DNA of 64,000 nucleotides from an uncultured Verrucomicrobiae bacterium (lineage in GTDB: Bacteria > Verrucomicrobiota > Verrucomicrobiia > Palsa-1439): assembly GCA_963812605.1 (NCBI GenBank), contig CAWEWF010000014.1, positions 640,001 through 704,000 of the forward strand. The letters are read 5' to 3'. Numbering within the stretch: the first letter of the stretch is position 1; each line of letters begins with the position of its first letter. The notes under the pieces are model-generated. The model searched no databases and was not told the origin of the DNA. It worked only from the letters and a program-made list of their open reading frames with translations. This document shows, one piece after another, positions 13,818 to 24,374 of this stretch. Position numbers and translations under genes: made by a program.

Positions 13818-14517
13818 TCCCGGTAACCTTCGACGATGACGGTAATTTCCCCTTTGACGGCGCGGTTCTCAAGCTTTTTCAGGATGGCGGCCAGGTCGTC
13901 GCGGAGGATCTCCTCGAATTTCTTGGTCAACTCGCGGGCGACGACGGCGCGGCGATTGCCGAGCTGGTCGTGCATGTCCTGAAGGCTCTTCACCAGGCGA
14001 TAGGGCGATTCGAAGAAGACGAGCGACCAGGGCAGGGGAGCCAGGCGGGTGAGGGCATTGCGCCGCTGCCCGGATTTGTGCGGGAGGAAACCGTAGAACA
14101 AAAAAGGTCCGCCGCCAGAGTCCGCTGGGCAAGCGGTCCCAAGCCGCTGGCAACCCAGGCAGTGGTGATGGCTGAGACGCCGGGAATGACCTCCACGGGG
14201 ATGCCAGCGTCGATAGCAGCCCGAATCAGGCGCTGTCCTGGATCGGAGACGGTAGGCATGCCCGCATCGGAGACCAGGGCGATGGTGCGGCCCTGCTGGA
14301 GGTCTTTCAGCAGTTCCGCCGTGCGTTTGGCCTCGTTGAACTCATGGTAGCTGACAAGGGGCTTCCTGATCGAATGGCGGGCCAATAGCAGCCCCGTGTG
14401 CCGGGTATCCTCGGCGGCCACCAGGCTGGCTTCCCGCAGCACCCGCAGCGCGCGCAGGGTGATGTCCTCCATGTTGCCAATGGGCGTGCCGACGATGTAG
14501 AGCCTGCCAGGAGACAT
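13814..14517 (-). CDS. rsmI: 16S rRNA (cytidine1402-2'-O)-methyltransferase (frameshift at the A-run near 14105)
   Basis: Motifs LYIVGTPIGNMEDITLRAL, AAEDTRHT, VSDAGMPTVSDPG, FFESPYR and ARELTKKFEE. Confidence 0.93.
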
Positions 14518-14523
14518 GCGCCG

Positions 14524-14552
14524 ACTCTATTGAGCGGGTGGGGAAAAGACAA
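14524..14552 (-). promoter_or_regulatory. Sigma70-type promoter of rsmI, probably leaderless
   Basis: Minus strand reads TTGTCT-17 nt-TAGAGT-6 nt-ATG. Confidence 0.6.
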
Positions 14553-14561
14553 GAGCCGGGC

Positions 14562-14663
14562 GTAGAACGGGCGTCTCGCCCGTTTATTTTGTCACGCCAC
14601 GATTTTGAACGGGCGGGACGCCCATTCTACGGGGAACATCGACAGGCGGGACGCCTGTCCAAC
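14562..14663. repeat. REP cluster (inverted pair plus single copy)
   Basis: GTAGAACGGGCGTCTCGCCCGTT, AACGGGCGGGACGCCCATTCTAC and GACAGGCGGGACGCCTGTCCAAC. Confidence 0.75.
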
Positions 14664-14686
14664 TCGGCGTGTAAGCCAGGCCGTTG

Positions 14687-14720
14687 GGGGAAAAGAAAGA
14701 GGCCAGTCTTTCGACTAGCC
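14687..14720 (-). terminator. Rho-independent terminator, copy 1
   Basis: Minus strand GGCTAGTC-GAAA-GACTGGCC followed by TCTTTCTTTT. Confidence 0.75.
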
Positions 14721-14824
14721 CCGCGGGACACGGCGCTACCGAACGGAGATGGAAGCGACCGACTCACGATAAGGCTTCCCATCACGGTACAACTGCGCGC
14801 GCGCCTCGATCTCGCCGGCCAATT

Positions 14825-16532
14825 TCAATTGCCCGTCTGCGCGCGCCAATTTCGCGGCTTCTTCAGCGGACGCAAGCGCTTCCTGAAAGCGGCCTGCCGC
14901 TGCGTACGCCGCCGCCAGCGTGTCGAGGTAGGTAGCTTGCCCGGCGATCCAGCTTCAAGGCGAGTTGAACGGCCTGCGCGTGGTCCGCCGAAGTCGACTT
15001 CTCGGCTGTCGCCAATAGCCAGGCGAGATTGTTGTACGCGTCGGCACGGTCGGGATCCAGCCGCAACACCTCTTCGTAATGGGCAATCGCTTCGCCGTTT
15101 TTGCCCTGTGAAACCAGGACAACCGCCAGGTTGAAGTGCACGGACGGTTCGTTGGGATCGGTCCGCAAGGCCTCTTGGAACTGGCTGATCGCATCGTTCT
15201 GGTTGCCCGCCTCTCCCAGGGCAACTCCCAAGTTGTCGTGCGCCGCCCAAGCCTTCGGATTCTTTGCCAGGTTGTCACGCCAGAGCGTTTGGTTATCGGC
15301 GTACACCGTACTGCGCTGCCATGTTCCCGCCGCCAGTGCCACCAGTATCCCTCCGCTGACCGCGATGGCCCAGGGACGGCCGGGTTTGCCAACGCGGCGG
15401 TAAACCCAGTCGCCGGCGGCGACTGCCAAGGCGATGACCCCACGATGGAGAAGTACTGCCAGTGATCGGCCACCAGCGAATAGTGATAGAAGCCTTGATC
15501 GAAGAATCCCAGCACCGGAAACAGCGTCACCACAAAATAGCCAAAGCCAAATAACAGAGCTCGTCCCCAAGTCTGCCGTTTCCACCAAAACACCGCGAAG
15601 CAGCCGACCAGCGCAATCCCCGGCACGCAGGAAATCCAGCGAGAGGCATCGATATCCCATTTGGGATACATGATGGTCAGGTTCAGGGGCCAGAGCGCCT
15701 TGGAGAGATAGAACCAGGGCACCCAGCCCGCCGTCATCAGGCGGGAAAGAAATCCTTCTGGGCGAGCCGTATTTCCTCCCAACGCCCGGTGATGCTGAAA
15801 CCAGATGGTCGTCAGCCCGAGGACCAGCGCAAGGACAAAGAAAGGCACACTGTTGCAGGAGGTCTTTCCACCGAACCCGACCATGCTGCCACCACACGCA
15901 CCCCAGGAGGACAAACGGCAGCATTACGACCGCCGACTTGCTCAACAGGGCCAGTAGAAACGTCGCAAGTGAAAGGACGTACGTGCGCCGCCGCCTTCTT
16001 CGTCGAATCGTAAAAAGAGCAGGATCGACGCGGCATAGAAGAGCATTGCCATTGTGCTTTTCTGTTCAATAACCCAGCAAACCGTGGCGGCGTTCACGGG
16101 ATGGATGGCAAACACGAGTCCCGCAGCCCATGCGCCGGGAATTTTGAGTCGACGCAAGACCAACCACACCAGAACAGCACTGGCAGCATGCAGCAGCACG
16201 TTGACGACGTGGTAGCCTGCCGGGTGATTGCCCCACAAATGCCACTCGAACCACAACAGGCTCCATGTCAGCGGATAATAATCCGGGGCCTCGGTCGTGA
16301 ACCAAATCCGCTGCAGCCCGTCGGGGGCTTTGAGCAACTGGTTGTGGAGAATCAGGGTGCCATCATCAAAGACAAAGCCGTCCTGCCAGGCGGGCAGATA
16401 AGTGATGACGGTTATCAGGAGGATCAAGCCGGCCATGCCGAGGAATGTCCGCGTCGGCATGTTTATCAAGCGCAACTGCTGGCCGCCTGGATCGGGTTGG
16501 CGGGCAGTTGTGTGGGCTTTTGTTTTCGTCAT
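14825..16532 (-). CDS. TMTC-like multi-TM GT-C glycosyltransferase with C-terminal TPRs, paralog 1 (frameshifts)
   Basis: Motifs GFVFDD, DYYPLTW, YHVVNVLLH, FAIHPVN, EQK, SKSAVV and ADHWQY, plus TPR repeats, spread over ORFs 15942..16580, 14863..15945, 14955..15914 and 14825..15250. Confidence 0.8.
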
Positions 16533-16595
16533 CGCGTTCCGAGTGGGCGGCATCTTAGCAACTCGAAGTGAAAACAGCAAAAACCGTCTTCCCGA

Positions 16596-17661
16596 GGCAA
16601 GCCGGCGGCTTGCCCTACAATACGCCGGCCATTGGCAAGCGGGCCGCTTGCCCTACAATACGCTGGCCAATTGTAGGGCAACGGGCCCCCGTTGCTGTTG
16701 TACAATTCATTGGCAAGCGGGCCGCTTGCCCTACAAATTCAACAACCGCCCGCCAGGATTGTAGGGCGACGGGCCCCGTTGCCGTTTATGTCCGGGATTG
16801 GCAAGCGGGCCGCTTGCCCTACAAATCGGTCTTGTCGTACAATGCGGCGGGCTGCTATAACCGCGGCATGGCGCATCCGCCACGGATTCCGGTCTGGCTG
16901 CCACTGGATAAACCGGTTGTCTACTTCGTGACGTGGTGCGTCCGCAATCGTCGGCCCGTACTGGCCAACGCCGAGGCCTTGATTGCCTTCCAAAATGCCG
17001 TGGGCCGATTGACCCGCTGGCAGGTCATCGCCGCCGTTCTGATGCCCGATCATGTGCATGCTCTGACGTGTCCGTTGGATCGCGAGGAGGCGGTCGGTGA
17101 TTTTTCCGCGCTGGTGAAACGCTGGATGCGCCAGGAGTTGACGCGCTGCCAGGATCGTAGGGCAATTTATTGGCACGCGGGCCGCGCGCCCTACAATAAT
17201 TGTAGGGCAACGGGCCCCGTTGCCGTTAAACCGAGATCGGCACGCGGGCCGCGTGCCCTACAATACGCCGGGCATTGGCAAGCCGGCGGCTCGCCCTACA
17301 AGTGGCAAGCGGGCCGCTTGCCCTACAAGCAAGCCGGCGGCTTGCCCTACAAATTGGGAATGGCAGCCGGGGTGTTTTGACCGGCTGCTGCGCTCCGATG
17401 AATCCGCTCAGCAGAAATGGGAATACATCCGAGAGAATCCCGTGCGGGCCGCGTTGGTAAGCGAATGGCAGGCCTGGCCGTATCGCGTTGGGTTCAATCC
17501 GCCGTCAGGGTTGTAGGGCAACGGGCCCCGTTGCCGTTATTCCGGAATCGGCAAGCGGGCCGCTTGCCCTACAATTCCCACAACCGCCGTCAGGATTGTA
17601 GGGCAACGGGCCCCGTTGCCATCATATAATTCATTGGCAAGCGGGACGCCCGCCCCACTAC
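16596..17661. repeat. REP/BIME-like cluster of about 16 GTAG-type palindromes around and inside the RAYT gene
   Basis: Recurrent GGCAAGCGGGCCGCTTGCCCTAC and GTAGGGCAACGGGCCCCGTTGCC units in alternating orientation, with reused linkers such as CAACCGCC...CAGGATT. Confidence 0.9.
16868..17516 (+). mobile_element. REP-associated tyrosine transposase (RAYT, Y1 HUH), interrupted by a ~200 bp REP array
   Basis: N-half has YFVTWC and VLMPDHVHAL (HUH). C-half has WQPGCFDRLLR, KWEYIRENPVRA and WPY. The REP array spans about 17148-17351. Confidence 0.88.
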
Positions 17662-17666
17662 CACGT

Positions 17667-17703
17667 GGGGAAAAGAAAGAGGCCAGTCTTTCGACTGGCC
17701 TCT
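17667..17703 (-). terminator. Rho-independent terminator, copy 2, downstream of the PEP-CTERM gene
   Basis: Minus strand AGAGGCCAGTC-GAAA-GACTGGCCTCT followed by TTCTTTT. Confidence 0.85.
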
Positions 17704-17743
17704 CCAGAAACGAACTTAAGGGTTTTTCCCTTTGAATAACTGT

Positions 17744-18470
17744 TTAGCTGCGACGACGAAGACCCAAAAGACCGAGCAAACCCGTGCCGACGAGAAGATA
17801 CGTCGAAGGCTCGGGAACGATCGGATCGAGTCTGAGTTGACCAACTGTCGTGTTTTGGTTACCGTTGGTGTTGTTATAAGCGTTCAGCCATACCGTTTTG
17901 TCCACCAGCAAACGTGCCGATGAGTGGAGTGGTCAACGCATTATCTGTGTCCGGGCTCGCGGTGCCACTGGTCATTGACGACGGATACGTCCAGTGACCG
18001 CCTGTTGCACCCTGAAGTCCCTCAAACACACCAACTTGAGTCGCGTTAGCGGTGGTATTTGAATTAAACACCAACACGTAAATGCTACCGCTGGCAAAGC
18101 CAGGGTTCGTACCACTAAAGGTAGCGGCAATCGCGCCAGAGTTTTTGTCAGCCGTTACCAGCTGAAGTTCCAGAACCAATGGCGTTACTGAAAACACCGC
18201 TCAACGGCACGAAGTCAGACAACAAGACGGCATAGCTGGCCGGAGTCAGTTGGTTCCCAGTAGCGAGCGCCGCAATCACGGCATCGCTCTGTGAGAACTG
18301 GCCCATTTCAACCAAGCTACCATCGTGCAGGTACACCCCACCCGACGTGGCGAAGAAGTTACTAGTCATCTGCACGCAAGCGCGATGTTTGCTGCGTACA
18401 CGCGGGCCGAGCCCACGCACGCAATCGCCGCTGCTACCGCTGCGAACTTAAAGATCGTTTTCCCATTCAT
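17744..18470 (-). CDS. PEP-CTERM protein (frameshifts)
   Basis: Starts MNGKTIFKFAAVAAAIAC and ends IVPEPSTYLLVGTGLLGLLGLRRRS-stop (read manually on the minus strand). Ser/Thr-rich body. Confidence 0.85.
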
Positions 18471-18539
18471 TCTATTAATCCCTTTCCCTGTGTTCGTTTT
18501 CTGACTGCCCTGATTGTTTAACAGTTTTCCTGTTTTAAG

Positions 18540-19613
18540 TCAAGTGTTTAGTACGGCGCCGGCGATTGTATAGTTAAACGGCGACGCCAAGTTGCGTTGG
18601 ATGACCATGACCGCCCCAAACGGCAACTGGTTCGTTCCGCGATCAATTGACGTGCTATTGGCATCACGCCAGCCGGGCGTGGCGCCTCGTTGTGCGGAAC
18701 CAGTACTGGGCAGACCTGTTGCGCTACGGGATCCCAAACAAGCACATTGTCCGCATTCGCCAGCGTGTTGGAACCGTTGACACCAGTGCGGGATATCGCC
18801 CGTGTACAACAGCGAGTTGCTCAGCGTATAATTGGTGGCATAAACCATTCCGAGCGTATGTCAAGCCGCTTGCAACGCCAGGAACGATGGTCGGACCGAG
18901 CTTGACCGCCGCCAACCAGTTTGGTTGACGCCGTTCCCGCGATATTTCGCTGAACCACAATGCCCTGATCAATATAAAGGAGGTTTGTTCCGCGATCAAT
19001 CGACGTGCTGTTGGCATCGCGCCAGCCTGGGGTGGCACTCGTTGTGCGGTACCAGTATTGGGCAGACGATTGAGCTCAGAGGATTCCAAACAAGCACGTT
19101 GTCCGCATTCGCCTAGTGTGTTGGAACCATTGAGGCCCGAATTGGCTGGTGGCCCAAACGCGGTGTTCAACGTCCAGTGCGGATAGATCTTGAAGGTTTC
19201 GGTCGCGGCAACCTCCGACGAATCATCGTTGGCGGTGGTGACGGACGTCGCGTCGTTGGTGACGATGTCATCCGTCAAACCCGCAAACGGGCCCGAGGTG
19301 ATTTCAATAAAGTACTGGGTCGCGCCGCCAGGCCCGATGAATTGGCCCGGTGTCAGCGTACTGTTCACCGTGAGCACGCTGACCAGCCACAGCAGTTGAC
19401 GATTCCGCGCAGCGCCGGAATCTGGGTCATCCCCAAGCTCAGATAAGAGAGCCCGTTGCCGACCGAGGTCAGCGTGATGAACCCGACCGGATCAGTGAAC
19501 ACATCGGTCGCGCGGGCTTGGAAGCCGGTCGCGGCGGTGATCAACCCGATGGTGATTACGAAAGTTAATTTCGGAAGGAAGTTCCAACCCCGTGGCTGTT
19601 GTGCTTGTTGCAT
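18540..19613 (-). CDS. TIGR02597-like Verrucomicrobia secreted protein (several frameshifts)
   Basis: Signal peptide, then VFTDPVGFITLT, YFIEITSGPFAG and FKIYPHWTLNTAFG. Two internal ~150 bp repeats. Family assigned from motif recall, not a search. Confidence 0.7.
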
Positions 19614-19718
19614 GTTCTCCTCGCCTAGCTTTTCCCAGTTGCCTCGTTCACGACTCGGTGAACTATCTAATTTCGCCTATACCCTATCTGCACTGACTCG
19701 GTGAATCTAACTGCCCGT

Positions 19719-19747
19719 AGACTACCAGCGGAGGCATTCTCTGTCAA
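19719..19747 (-). promoter_or_regulatory. Strong sigma70-type promoter for the TIGR02597-like and PEP-CTERM genes
   Basis: Minus strand TTGACA-17 nt-TAGTCT with a TGn extended -10, about 105 nt upstream of the ATG at 19613. Confidence 0.7.
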
Positions 19748-19985
19748 TAACTTATTCGCAGATTTATGGAAAATCTTGTCAGGTTTGCGTAGCATTATCA
19801 GTCATGAGAATCTCCCGGCTAAAAACAGCGATTTTACAGGGGTTTACATGTATTTTTTGGTCCCGGGAGCGATGTGACGGCGAAGTTTGATGGCCTGTAA
19901 GCCAGTATTTTGCTGGTTTTGGTGGTGTCTGACAGAAAATTCGGCGAAAAAGCGGCGGTGGAAAAATGGGAGGGGGGAGGGGAGG

Positions 19986-20152
19986 GGGCACGGCTCGCAG
20001 AGCCGTGGCTACACCGACCCGGCTCCCCCCAAGGGGAGGGGGAGATTCGCATTGAATACGAATCGATTGCACGGTGTCGTTGGGCGGCCTTCGGCGCGGT
20101 GGGCCACCGCGCCCTACCGCGATTTTGGTAGGGCGGGCTGGCCCAGCCCGCC
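19986..20152. repeat. Mixed REP-like palindromes
   Basis: CACGGCTCGCAGAGCCGTGGCTAC, CTCCCCCAAGGGGAG, GCGCGGTGGGCCACCGCGCCCTAC and GTAGGGCGGGCTGGCCCAGCCCGCC. Confidence 0.7.
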
Positions 20153-20185
20153 GTCCGCAATCATTTCCGACAGCACGCTACCGGC

Positions 20186-21976
20186 TCACCGGGCGGGTTG
20201 CAGGCGGGCGAGCGCGGTGCGCGCTTCGGAGAAATTGGGATTGAGCCGGAGCGCTTGTTGGTAGTGCTCGGTGGCTTCCCGCAAATTGCCGGCGCGCTCG
20301 AGAGCGATTCCCAGATAATAATGTGCGTCGGCGGAATTGGAATTGATCCGCAGCGCTTGCTCCCAATGTTCCATCGCTTCCGGCATGCGGCCGAGTGCGG
20401 CCAGGACGAGTCCGAGATTGACGTGCGCCTTCGCGTAATTGGGGTCGAGTCGCAAAGCTTCCTCGTACTGCGCTTTGGCTTCCGGCAGTTTTTGCAGTTG
20501 GAACAAGACGACGCCGAGATTGTTATGCGCATGGGCGTAATCGGGCGCGAGGCGCACTGCTTGTTCATAATGTTCCCGGGCTTCGTCCAATTTGCCGGCT
20601 TGTTGCCAGGCGCTGCCCAAATTGTTTTGCGCCTCGGCGAAATTGGGATGAAGCCGCAACGCCTGCTCGTAGAGTTCGATGGCTTCGGGCACATTCCCGG
20701 AAGCCTGCAAGACCAGCCCCAGATTGTTGTCCGCCATCCAGGCGTTTGGATTTTTGCGGAGGGTATCGCGCCAGAGAGTTTCCGAAGTTGCGTAAACGCC
20801 GGCCCGGGTCCACGTGGCGGTTCCCAGCGCCAGCAATACCGCCAGGGCCGCCACTTCTGCCACAGGCCGGAGTGGTTGATCGATTCGGCGTCCAATCATT
20901 GTCACCGCCGCGACCGCCAACGCGATGACGCCCACGATGGAGTAATACTGCCAGTGATCGGAAACCAACGAGTATTGATAAAAGGATTGGTCGAAGAAGC
21001 CCAGCACGGGAAAGAGCATGACGACGAAATAGCCGAGCCCAAAGAACCAGGGACGCCCCCAAGTCCGGCGGTTCCACCAGAAAAGCGCGAGACATCCCAC
21101 GAGAGCCGTTCCCGGCAACCAGGAAAGCCACTGGGAAACATCAATGTTCCACTGCGGGTAGATGGCGCTGAGGTTGAAGGGCAGAAGCGCCTTGTAAAGA
21201 TAGAACCACGGGACCCAGCCGGCGGCGGCGAGACGAAAGGGGAAACCGACGGCGCGGACCGGGTGGGCTTTCAGGAAGTGCTCATTATGGAAGTAGATCG
21301 TTACCAATCCCGAGACCAATGAAAGGCCGAAGAACGGCGCGCTGCAGAAGAGGTCTTTCAGCCGCAGGCGTCCGCGCTGCCACCAGACGCAGCCTAATAA
21401 GACCACCGGCAGCATGACCACGGCGGACTTGCTGAAAAGGGCCAGCAAGAATGCCGTCAAGGAAAGGCCCAACCAACGCCACCCGCCTTCTTCGTCGAAT
21501 TTCAAAGAGAGCAGGATCGCGGCGGCGTAGAAGAGCATCGAAAGCGTGTTTTTCTGTTCGCTGATCCAGGCGACCGTGGCCGCGTTTACCGGATGGATCG
21601 CGAACACGAGCGCCGCTAGCCATGCTCCCGGGATTTTCAAGCGCCGGAGGACCAGCCACACCAGGATGGCATTGATGGCGTGCAGCAATACATTGACGAC
21701 ATGGTACCCCGCCGCGCTGTCGCCCCAGAACCGCCACTCCGCCCACCAGAGGCTCCATGTCAGCGGATAGTAATCCGGCGCTTCCGTCGTAAACCAGAAA
21801 CGGTACAACCCGTCGCCGGCACGAAGCAGGGGATTGTGGATGATCAGGGTATCATCGAAGACAAAGCCGCCGTGCAGTGCCGGAAAGTAAACGACGAACG
21901 TGACGACCGCCAATACGAGGGCCAGGAACCAGGGTTGTTGCGCAAAGGAGATTTTTGCCGTCGGCTGGGTTGCCAT
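20186..21976 (-). CDS. TMTC-like GT-C glycosyltransferase with TPRs, paralog 2 (intact)
   Basis: Motifs GGFVFDD, DYYPLTW, FAIHPVN, WISEQKN, SKSAVV, SDHWQY and TLWRDT, then about five TPRs. Confidence 0.85.
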   Translation of the reverse strand: MATQPTAKISFAQQPWFLALVLAVVTFVVYFPALHGGFVFDDTLIIHNPLLRAGDGLYRFWFTTEAPDYYPLTWSLWWAEWRFWGDSAAGYHVVNVLLHAINAILVWLVLRRLKIPGAWLAALVFAIHPVNAATVAWISEQKNTLSMLFYAAAILLSLKFDEEGGWRWLGLSLTAFLLALFSKSAVVMLPVVLLGCVWWQRGRLRLKDLFCSAPFFGLSLVSGLVTIYFHNEHFLKAHPVRAVGFPFRLAAAGWVPWFYLYKALLPFNLSAIYPQWNIDVSQWLSWLPGTALVGCLALFWWNRRTWGRPWFFGLGYFVVMLFPVLGFFDQSFYQYSLVSDHWQYYSIVGVIALAVAAVTMIGRRIDQPLRPVAEVAALAVLLALGTATWTRAGVYATSETLWRDTLRKNPNAWMADNNLGLVLQASGNVPEAIELYEQALRLHPNFAEAQNNLGSAWQQAGKLDEAREHYEQAVRLAPDYAHAHNNLGVVLFQLQKLPEAKAQYEEALRLDPNYAKAHVNLGLVLAALGRMPEAMEHWEQALRINSNSADAHYYLGIALERAGNLREATEHYQQALRLNPNFSEARTALARLQPAR

Positions 21977-22018
21977 CGGGCCAATCATAGGGTTTTCTGC
22001 GGGGCGAGACAAGGATCG
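21977..22018 (-). promoter_or_regulatory. Duplicated sigma70 promoter cassette, copy 1 (leaderless)
   Basis: TTGTCT (22012-22007)-17 nt-TATGAT (21989-21984)-7 nt-ATG. Confidence 0.7.
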
Positions 22019-22067
22019 GTACGGTCGCCGGCGGCCATTCCCAAAGACAATGGCAACAGGACTCGGC

Positions 22068-24218
22068 TTAGCGAACGGCTGGCAGTCGTGCAAGCGCGTT
22101 TCGCGCTTGGGTGAAATCGGGCTTAAGCCGCAGGGCTTGCTGCAAATGGTCTTTCGCTTCCGGGATCCTGCCCGCCAGTCCCAAAGCGATCCCCAGGTTA
22201 CAGTGCACCTCGGGCGAATCCGGTTTAAGCCGCAGCGCCTGCTCCAAGTGCGCTATCGCTTCCGGGATCCGGCCCGTCCTCGCCAGGGCGATCCCCAGGT
22301 CGCAGTGCGCCTCGGTATAATCCGGCTTGAGACGCAGCGCCTGCTCGAAATGCTCTATCGCTTCCGGGGTCCGGCCTGATCCCATCAAGGCGATTCCCAA
22401 GCTGTGGTGCGCTTCGGCGTAATCCGGCTTGAGTCGCAGCACCCGCTCGAAATGCCCTATCGCTTCCGGGTCCGGCCCGATCCCATCAAGGCGGTCCCCA
22501 GATTGTTTTGCGCCTCGGCGTAATCCGGGTTGAGCCGCAGCGCTTGCTCATACTGCTCGATGGCCTCGCTGATCTTCCCCTCCTGCGAGAAGGCGTTTCC
22601 CAGATTGTAGTGCGCCTGGGGTAAATCGGGCTTGAGCCGCAGCGCTTGTTCATACAGGCCGATGGCATCGCTGATCTTCCCCTTCTTCGCGAAAACGTTT
22701 CCCAGATTGTAGTACGCCTCGGCGTAATCCGGTTCAATCCGCAGCGCCTGCTCGTAGTGAGTGATCGCGTCCTCAATCCTGCCATCTTGCTCCATGGCTT
22801 TCCCCAGATTGTTTTGCGCCTCGGCGTAGTCCGGTTTAATCCGCAGCGCCTGCTCGTACTGGGCGACCGCTTCCGGCATCCTCGCCGCCAGATCCAGGGA
22901 GACCCCCAGATTGTAGTGCGCTCGCGCGTTGTTCGGACGCTTTTCGACAGTGTCCCGCCAAATGGTTATTTCCGAGTTGTAATCACGATTGCGTTGAACT
23001 GTCGTGAAGGCGAGCAGAAGCACCACCGCCCCCTCCGCGACGCACCCAAGCACAATGCCTGATTGTCTGCGGAGCAGGCGTTTCCCAAGCAGAAACGCGC
23101 CGACGACAACCATGGTCACCACTGCTGCCAACGGTAAATACATTCGCCGTTCCGCTGCCGCTTCGCCGAAGCTCGGCAGAAAGCTGGACGTCGGTCCCAA
23201 AATGAGAAAAAACCAGGCGCCCAAAAACCCCCACTGTGGTTGGCGACGAAATGCCCACGCCGTTGCGCCGAGGAGGCCCACGACCACGGCACCGGGCAGA
23301 AGACAGTCTTTCAGTGACAATGAAATCGGCCAGTCAAAATAGTCAAGTACCAGCGGGTGCGGCCAAAAACAAAGCCGCAGGTAGTAAACAATCACGCCGG
23401 CCTCGGTCTTCAGATAATCCCATGGCGTCAGGCCTTTAATCCCAAACCCCGTGTAGCCATGAGGCGTCCGCGCCACCAATACTGCCAGCATCAGCCAGGT
23501 CGCGGCCAAGCCAACGTATAAGACGGCGCGGCGACGCCATAATTCGCGAAACGACGGCGCGAGAAACACGCGATCATACAGCAACACAATCAGGGGAGCG
23601 GCAACCATGACCTCCTTGCTTCCCATACCCAATGCACAGAAAATGATTGCGGCCAAACACCAAAGGCCGGCGTGTTCGGATTGGGAGCTGCGAAGCGTAC
23701 AATACAACGTCAATAGCAGGAACAGGCCCATGAGCAATTCCGTACGTTGTACAATGTAGGTCACACTTTCTGTCTGAAGCGGGTGTAGCTCCCAAATGAG
23801 TGTTATCGCCCCGGCCAACCAGACAGCAACGCCGCCGAATCGATCGCGAAGTGTCCGTCCCTGAAACGTCCTGCGCAAGATCCCAAACAGCACCAAGGAG
23901 GACAATAGATGCACTGCCAGGTTGAATGCGTGGTAGCCCCAGACATTGTATCCGCCCAATGCGTAGTTCAATGCCAACGTAAAACAAACCACGGGGCGCC
24001 CACTGACCGTAGTGCCCAAGGGCGCAGATAACGCATCGCGGATCGGCCATAAGTGACGTGTATGGGGATTCCCGGAAATGGCGGCCACGTCATCAAAGAT
24101 GAATGGGCCTGCGAAACTGTTGTGATACGCCAGCAGCCCCGCAACCATCACCAATACCAGGGCCAAAAGCCAGGGTCGATCCGCGAAAGAGATTTTTCGT
24201 CGTCGGCTGGTTTGCCAT
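22068..24218 (-). CDS. TMTC-like GT-C glycosyltransferase with long TPR array, paralog 3 (frameshifts near 24195 and 22460)
   Basis: Motifs GPFIFDD, GRPVV, YHAFNLAVH, LHPLQTESVTYIVQRTE, SKE and ERRMYLP, plus about nine TPRs including ORF 22068..22442. Confidence 0.85.
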
Positions 24219-24260
24219 CGGGCCAATCATAGGGTTTTCTGCGGGGCGAGACAAGGATCG
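24219..24260 (-). promoter_or_regulatory. Duplicated sigma70 promoter cassette, copy 2 (leaderless)
   Basis: Identical to copy 1: TTGTCT (24254-24249)-17 nt-TATGAT (24231-24226)-7 nt-ATG. Confidence 0.7.
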
Positions 24261-24374
24261 CCACGGCCGCCGGCGGCGATTCCCGGGATGAATTGCCGTC
24301 GGTGGGGGCAACGGAAAGAGAATGGCCCGGCAACACGGTGCCGGGCCAAAATGAAAGGTGAACAACCGAAACGA

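Noticed and set aside
16596-17661. CRISPR array
   Set aside because: The repeats alternate in orientation, have irregular and reused spacers, end in GTAG/CTAC and surround a RAYT. No cas genes are present.
19968-19988. G-quadruplex-like run GGGAGGGGGGAGGGGAGGGGG
   Set aside because: The motif is present but lies next to REP-like sequence in a homopolymer-error-prone tract, with no evidence of function.
22068-22900. ~102 bp tandem DNA repeats
   Set aside because: They are explained by the 34 aa TPR units of the TMTC-like protein.
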